Positions 58,900 through 64,000 of a stretch of DNA of 64,000 bases are shown here, in pieces. The DNA lies in contig NC_091282.1 of NCBI RefSeq assembly GCF_032444005.1, positions 766,444,001 to 766,508,000 of the forward strand, given 5' to 3'. A program made the position numbers and the translations under genes. A model generated the notes under the pieces. That model made no database searches, was not told where the DNA came from, and saw nothing but the letters and a program-made list of their open reading frames with translations. Source of the stretch: Ranitomeya imitator. Lineage: Eukaryota. The first letter of the stretch is position 1, and each line of letters begins with the position of its first letter.

Positions 58900-59960
58900 A
58901 GACACTGATGCTGGGTGGTCCGGGCTCATAATCTCTGGGGCTGAAGTCCAAGCGCTGTGCAACCGCTCATGTCCTCACCCTCCAGGTCTGTATGGACCTC
59001 GTGCTCTGGGCACAGTCATGGGGAACAGAAAAGGGCGAACCCCAAACTGTTCCCACAAAGCTGGAAGTGACAATTGTCCAGTGTCATGTGCTGAAGAATA
59101 ATATTTCCCTTCACTGGGACTAAGAGGCCGAGGCCGCCCCCTGATAACAGCCCATAGCATTATCCTCCTCCACCATCTGTACAATGCAGTCAGGGGGTGA
59201 CGTCCTCCTGGAATCACCAAACCCAGCCTCCTCCATCACCGAATCGTCACTGAACAGAACATGTCTCCTCCAGAGTCCAGTGGTGGCTTCTTTACACCAT
59301 TCCATCCGACGCTCGGCATTGTGCTTGGTGATGTAAGGCCTCTTTCACACTTCCGTTTTTTGGCATCTGTCGCAATCCGTTGTTTTGGGCAAAAAACGGA
59401 TCCCGCAAATGTGCCCGCAGGATGCGTTTTTTGCCCATTGACTTGTATTAGCGACGGATGGCCATACGTCGCATCCGTTGTGCGACAAATCCGTCGTGTT
59501 CTGACCGTCGGCACAAAAAAAGTTCAATGTAACGTTTTTTTTTGTCCGTCGCGTCTGCCATTTTCGACCGCTCATGCGTGGTCGAAACTTCGCCCCCCTC
59601 CTCCCCGGACTGCAGAATGGGCAGCGGATGCGTCGAAAAACTGCATCCGCTGCCCACGTCGTGCAAATCTTTCACAACGTCCGTCGGTACGTCGGCCCGA
59701 CGCATTGCGACGGACCCGTACCGATGGCAGTGTGAAAGTAGCCTAAGGCTGCTCGGCCATGAAGCTCCCGGTGGGGGCGCAGTGTTTGTGCTGATACCAG
59801 AGGAGATCTGGACTCTGCAGTTATGGGGTGGATAGAGCGTTGACTTTTCTGCCATCTGCTCTTCAGCACTCAGCCCCCCGCTTTGTAATGTGACAGGGTC
59901 TCCACATCTTAGCTGAGCTGCTGCGGTTCCTTCCACTTCTCAATAATATCAGTCCCAGGT
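58900..59960 (-). mobile_element. Decayed Tc1-like remnant interrupted by a MITE
   Basis: Degenerate VLFSDDS motif region; boundaries approximate. Confidence 0.5.
59337..59743. mobile_element. PIF/Harbinger-type MITE
   Basis: TIR GGC(C/T)(T/A)CTTTCACACT, TSD TAA/TAA. Confidence 0.85.
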
Positions 59961-60128
59961 GGTGTTAACATAGGGATGAGAATATCCAGGCACAATCCAG
60001 GTGTTCATCCCTCTCCTCGGTGTAGCTGAGCTCCTTTGGACCCTGCCTGCAGTTTCTCGCTCTGTGGTTAGGTTTGCATTGTGTGAGTATAAGGCCCGGT
60101 CTGCAGTAACGCCTTGTCTTTTCTATAG

Positions 60129-60317
60129 GGCAGCTCTGGGCGGCTGAGTTCCCTCCCGCAGAGGTCAGAGCTGCTCATCCACCTGTCGGCCGCCTCCTGT
60201 GAGCTCGATATCACCATTGTAGATAGACTGAATTCACTGCTGCAGGCGCAGAAGTTGGGAACCGTAGAAATGATGACGTCTCATCTCTTCACGTCTTACA
60301 ACAAGCACATTAGTCTG
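60129..60317 (+). CDS. ATG2B: ATG2B exon 14 (GSSGRLSSLPQRSELL...SYNKHISL)
   Basis: 189 bp, tag/gtgagt boundaries. Confidence 0.95.
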
Positions 60318-60498
60318 GTGAGTGTGTATATACGTAGCCACGCAAGGAAGAAGACCACAGGTTGTGGATCAGAAGAAAAAAAAAATGCAAAACCACAACG
60401 GCAAGTGGTTAACTAATACTGTAGGGTCATGTGGTCCATACTTTATTAATATGCCGTCTTGTACAATTTTATTTTTAACATTTTTTTTTTTCTTCCAG

Positions 60499-60772
60499 CA
60501 CAAAGATTTTCCAGAGGTTCTTCTGGATGACTCCCGATCTCCAGCAAACACAAGGACCTCCGTGCTGGTCTCCGCACCATCGCTCCATCTCGCCGTGCGC
60601 TTCCCAATTCCGGACCTCAGATCAGACCAGGAGCGCGGTCCTTGGTTCAAGAAATCCCTCCAAAAAGAAGTCTTGCATTTAAACTTTTCAGATGCGGAGT
60701 TTAAGACTGAGGTCCTTGGCGGCTGCTCCCCAGAACAGTTAAAGCTGGAGTTCACATTCAAGGAGTTAGCTG
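60499..60772 (+). CDS. ATG2B: ATG2B exon 15 (HKDFPEV...RFPIPDLRSDQERGPWFKKSLQKE...FKELA)
   Basis: 274 bp, cag/gtgagc boundaries. Confidence 0.96.
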
Positions 60773-60864
60773 GTGAGCGGCCGCAGTAGAGAATCCAGTG
60801 CGCAGCAACCGGTCTACTGGTACTAATAAGAGTCTATCCCTGCTTCACTCTGTGTCTTCTCCAG

Positions 60865-60976
60865 GGGCCTTCCAGGAGGAGAGCGACGGCCCACAGACCC
60901 TGTTCATAAGGGTGGTGAAGAAGAGCGATGAGGTTGATGGAGACATGACCACATCAGACAACTTTGACTGGCCGAG
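60865..60976 (+). CDS. ATG2B: ATG2B exon 16 (AFQEESDGPQ...DNFDWP); the gene continues beyond the window
   Basis: 112 bp, cag/gtccgt boundaries; FDWPR motif. Confidence 0.93.
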
Positions 60977-61019
60977 GTCCGTCCTCATTATGTGTTGTAA
61001 TCGGAAAAATACAGATGTT

Positions 61020-62050
61020 GCATTACTTATCCTGTATTATACTCCAGAGCTACATTCACTATTCTGCTGGTGCAGTCACAGTGTACATACATTACTGATC
61101 CTGTACTGATCCTGAGTTACATCCTGTATTATACTCTAGAGCTGCACTCACTATTCTGCTGGTGCAGTCACTGTGTACTGTACATATATTACATTACTGA
61201 TCCTGAGTTACATACTGTATTATACTCTAGAGCTGCATTCACTATTCTCCAGGTGCAGTCACAGTGTACATACATTACTGATCCTGTACTGATCCTGAGT
61301 TACATCCTGTATTATACTCTAGAGCTGCACTCACTATTCTGCTGGTGCAGTCACTGTGTACATACATTACATTACTGATCCTGAGTTACATACTGTATTA
61401 TACTCTAGAGCTGCACTCACTATTCTGCAGGTGCAGTCACTGTGTACATACATTACATTACTGATCCTGAGTTACATCCTGCATTATACCCCAGAGCTGC
61501 ACTCACTATACTGCGGGTGTCACTGTGTACATACATTACTGATCCTGAGTTACATCCTGTATTATACCCCAGAGCTGCGCTCACTATTCTGCTGGTACAG
61601 TTACTGTGTACATTACATTACTGATCCTATACTAATCCTGAGTTGCATCCTATATTATACTCCAGAGCTGCACTCACTATTCTGCTGGAGCAGTCACTGT
61701 GTACATACATTACTGATCCTGAGTTACATCCTGCATTATACCCCAGAGCTGCACTCACTATACTGCGGGTGTTACTGTGTACATACATTACTTTACTGAT
61801 CCTGAGTTACATCCGGTATTATACTCCAGAGCTGCACTCACTATTCTGCTGGTGCAGTCACTGTGTACATACATTACATTACTGATCCTGAGTTACATCC
61901 TGTATTATACCCCAGAGCTGCGCTCACTATTGTGCTGGTACAGTTACTGTGTACATTGCATTACTGATCCTGAGTTGCATCCTATATTCTACTCCAGAGC
62001 TGCACTCGCCATTCTGCTGGAGCAGTTGCTGTGTACGTTTTTCCTGCACT
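61020..62050. repeat. Second array of the 72-77-bp satellite
   Basis: Same unit and orientation as 41790-44715. Confidence 0.95.
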
Positions 62051-62383
62051 GATCCTGTGACATGTTAGCGATGTACAGGTTTGCAGCCTACTTAGTTTCT
62101 ATTCACTGTCAGCATGCAGTGCTCTTGATAACGGTGAGGAATAGAGATGGGCGGACACCTAGATCTTCGGGTTTGGCAAGTGGGGTTCATATTTGTCCAG
62201 TTCATGTCATGTATTGTCCGACAGATTAGTAATGAAGAGGCATCTATAAGACATCTTTCCATTACTAATCCTATAGTTATATGGTAAATAAAGACTCCGC
62301 CAGAATAAAGTCCTTTATTAGTAATAAAACAAAACACAGTTTTCCTTTATTTAAAAATAACAAGCACCGTTATACTCACGTAA

Positions 62384-62578
62384 GGCTGGGTTCACATTGC
62401 GTTAATGGCAATGCGCTGACGGCATCCGTTACATGGCGGCAATAACGCTATGTAACGGATCCGTTAGCGATGCGCTACATAATGGCAGTTAATGGGTGCG
62501 CTAACGCATGTCTTAATCGGCATGCATTAGCGATGTGCCGTCATTCTGTGACGGACCCTCGGACGCAGTCTGCAGCGT
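62384..62578. mobile_element. Left arm of a Harbinger-type MITE, cut by the DIRS-C insertion
   Basis: TAA followed by GGCTGGGTTCACATTGCG; the sequence switches abruptly at a T-run. Confidence 0.65.
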
Positions 62579-64000
62579 TTTCTTTATCGCCTCTCATTGG
62601 GGGACACAGGAACCATGGGTGTATGCTGCTGCCACTAGGAGGCTGACACTATGCAAATAAAAAAGTTAGCTCCTCCTCTGCAGTGTACACCCCACCGACT
62701 GGCATTATACTCTTCAGTTTAGCTTAGTGTCAGTAGGAGGTGGACACGGGTCTTTCATTAGACCCTTATCTACCTCAATGTGCGTCGTTTCTTTTCAGGT
62801 TTTTCCGGAGGGATACAGGGTGAGCAGTCACACCTGTAGTCCCACAAGCGGACTATGAGTACAGCGTGTACTGCCACCCCGTATCCTCATAGATCCCTCT
62901 CCAGGACCAAGATCCTAGCACACAAGCGTGCTTAGAAGTCCGGTCCTGGCTCCGTCCCCCACCCACTCGCCCACCAGAACCTGTCGGTTTGGAGGAGACG
63001 AGGACGTCCATCAGCTCCCTGGACGTCTCATACCCTTCCTGTCAGGTTAGTATCGGCGTGGGATGTTTTAGGTGAGTATTTCTCCCATTCCCATCCCACA
63101 TCTTTTATAGGGGGGGGGGGGGACCTTGTTAGGGGCTCCCAGCCTCCTTTCATACCTGTCATCATCTGCGTCCATACAGGACGCGGCCGGGATTGTTTGT
63201 GTCGCGCTGCGACATCCGTAGGTGCGCTTTCTTCTGCACCTCTTCTCCCTATTCTGATACGGGGGCCCTCTGCCTTCTTTCCGGCGCGGGGCCCTTACAG
63301 GATGCACAGTTCTTCTGCATGCCTGCACGTTGGGCTGCCATACGTTCCAGGCGCCGCAGGAGGTGCGGCGCACCCCTCTGTGCTGCGGCTCTTCATGGGG
63401 CACCATTCTCAGCGCGGCAGCCTTGCAGGCTGTCGCGCCGCTTCTCCCTGCGGCGCTCTACTCTGGCGCCGCAGGAGGTCCTTCTCTGGGCGTCCCTCAG
63501 CGGCGCAGCCTGGTAGGCGACCGCGCCGCTAGCTCTCTTAGGGCGCTCCATTCCGGCGCCGCGGCTCCTTTCCTCGGCCGCCGGCCCCTAATTTAGGCCC
63601 CGGCTTCGGTCGGGGCCTACTTCCGGTTTTCGGTTCCCTCTCTTCCGGTTCTGCGGGCGGGCTTTTTCCCGCCCGACTTACTGTGCCCTGCCTACCGGCG
63701 CCCCTGCGTCTGGCTCCGCCCCCTTCCTCCTGGTACACTTGTCTGGTGTGCACACCACTTTGTACCGGCAGCAGCACCAGCTCTCGCAAGCGCACCCGCA
63801 CATCTGCTGTGGACACAGCTCTATCTGCGCTGAATACTGCTCCTCAGGGCACTCCATCGACAGTGGGACATCTTCCAGGACCGGGTCCGTGAGTAGCTGC
63901 ACTGCAGTCTGACACCCCCCTCTGCCCACTGTCCCCTAACCCACTGGCATCTTCAGGGCTCAAAATGTCTACCTCTAAAGGGGGCCGCTCTCGCCCCCCT
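62579..64000 (+). mobile_element. 5' part of DIRS1-type copy C (terminal repeat and GC-rich leader up to a candidate gag ATG at 63965)
   Basis: T-rich start and a terminus-like sequence; the pre-gag segment 63885-63960 aligns with DIRS-A 3945-4120. No diagnostic protein domain falls inside the window. Confidence 0.65.

Noticed and set aside
63068-63929. Several GC-rich overlapping ORFs
   Set aside because: Low-complexity, stop-poor leader of DIRS-C with no protein motif that I can support.
1-64000. tRNA, rRNA, snoRNA or miRNA genes
   Set aside because: None recognisable by eye; the hairpins present are explained by MITEs. Infernal/Rfam and tRNAscan-SE would be needed to exclude them.

Overview
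Vertebrate genomic DNA, almost certainly a frog (inferred from codon content and a repeat landscape typical of anurans). It holds the conserved AK7-GSKIP-ATG2B block known from human 14q32.2. AK7 coding exons 1-8 lie on the minus strand and the gene runs off the left edge. GSKIP is complete (139 aa, minus strand) and sits head-to-head with ATG2B coding exons 1-16 (plus strand, running off the right edge). I traced all 26 coding exons by eye, with GT-AG boundaries and consistent phases. The rest is mostly mobile DNA: three DIRS1-type tyrosine-recombinase retrotransposons (one structurally complete with ITRs and ICR), a near-intact full-length CR1 LINE with an SGNH-esterase ORF1, a full-length DD38E Tc1-like transposon, many MITEs, two TSD-flanked Penelope-like insertions (one carrying a degenerate hammerhead ribozyme), and several large tandem arrays. 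Three observations stand out. (i) A short GT-AG intron-like unit recurs at the 5' end of gag in all three DIRS copies. (ii) A hammerhead-bearing insertion is flanked by a 14-bp TSD. (iii) Tandem arrays start at, or supply, host splice signals. No prokaryotic-type system or CRISPR array is present.
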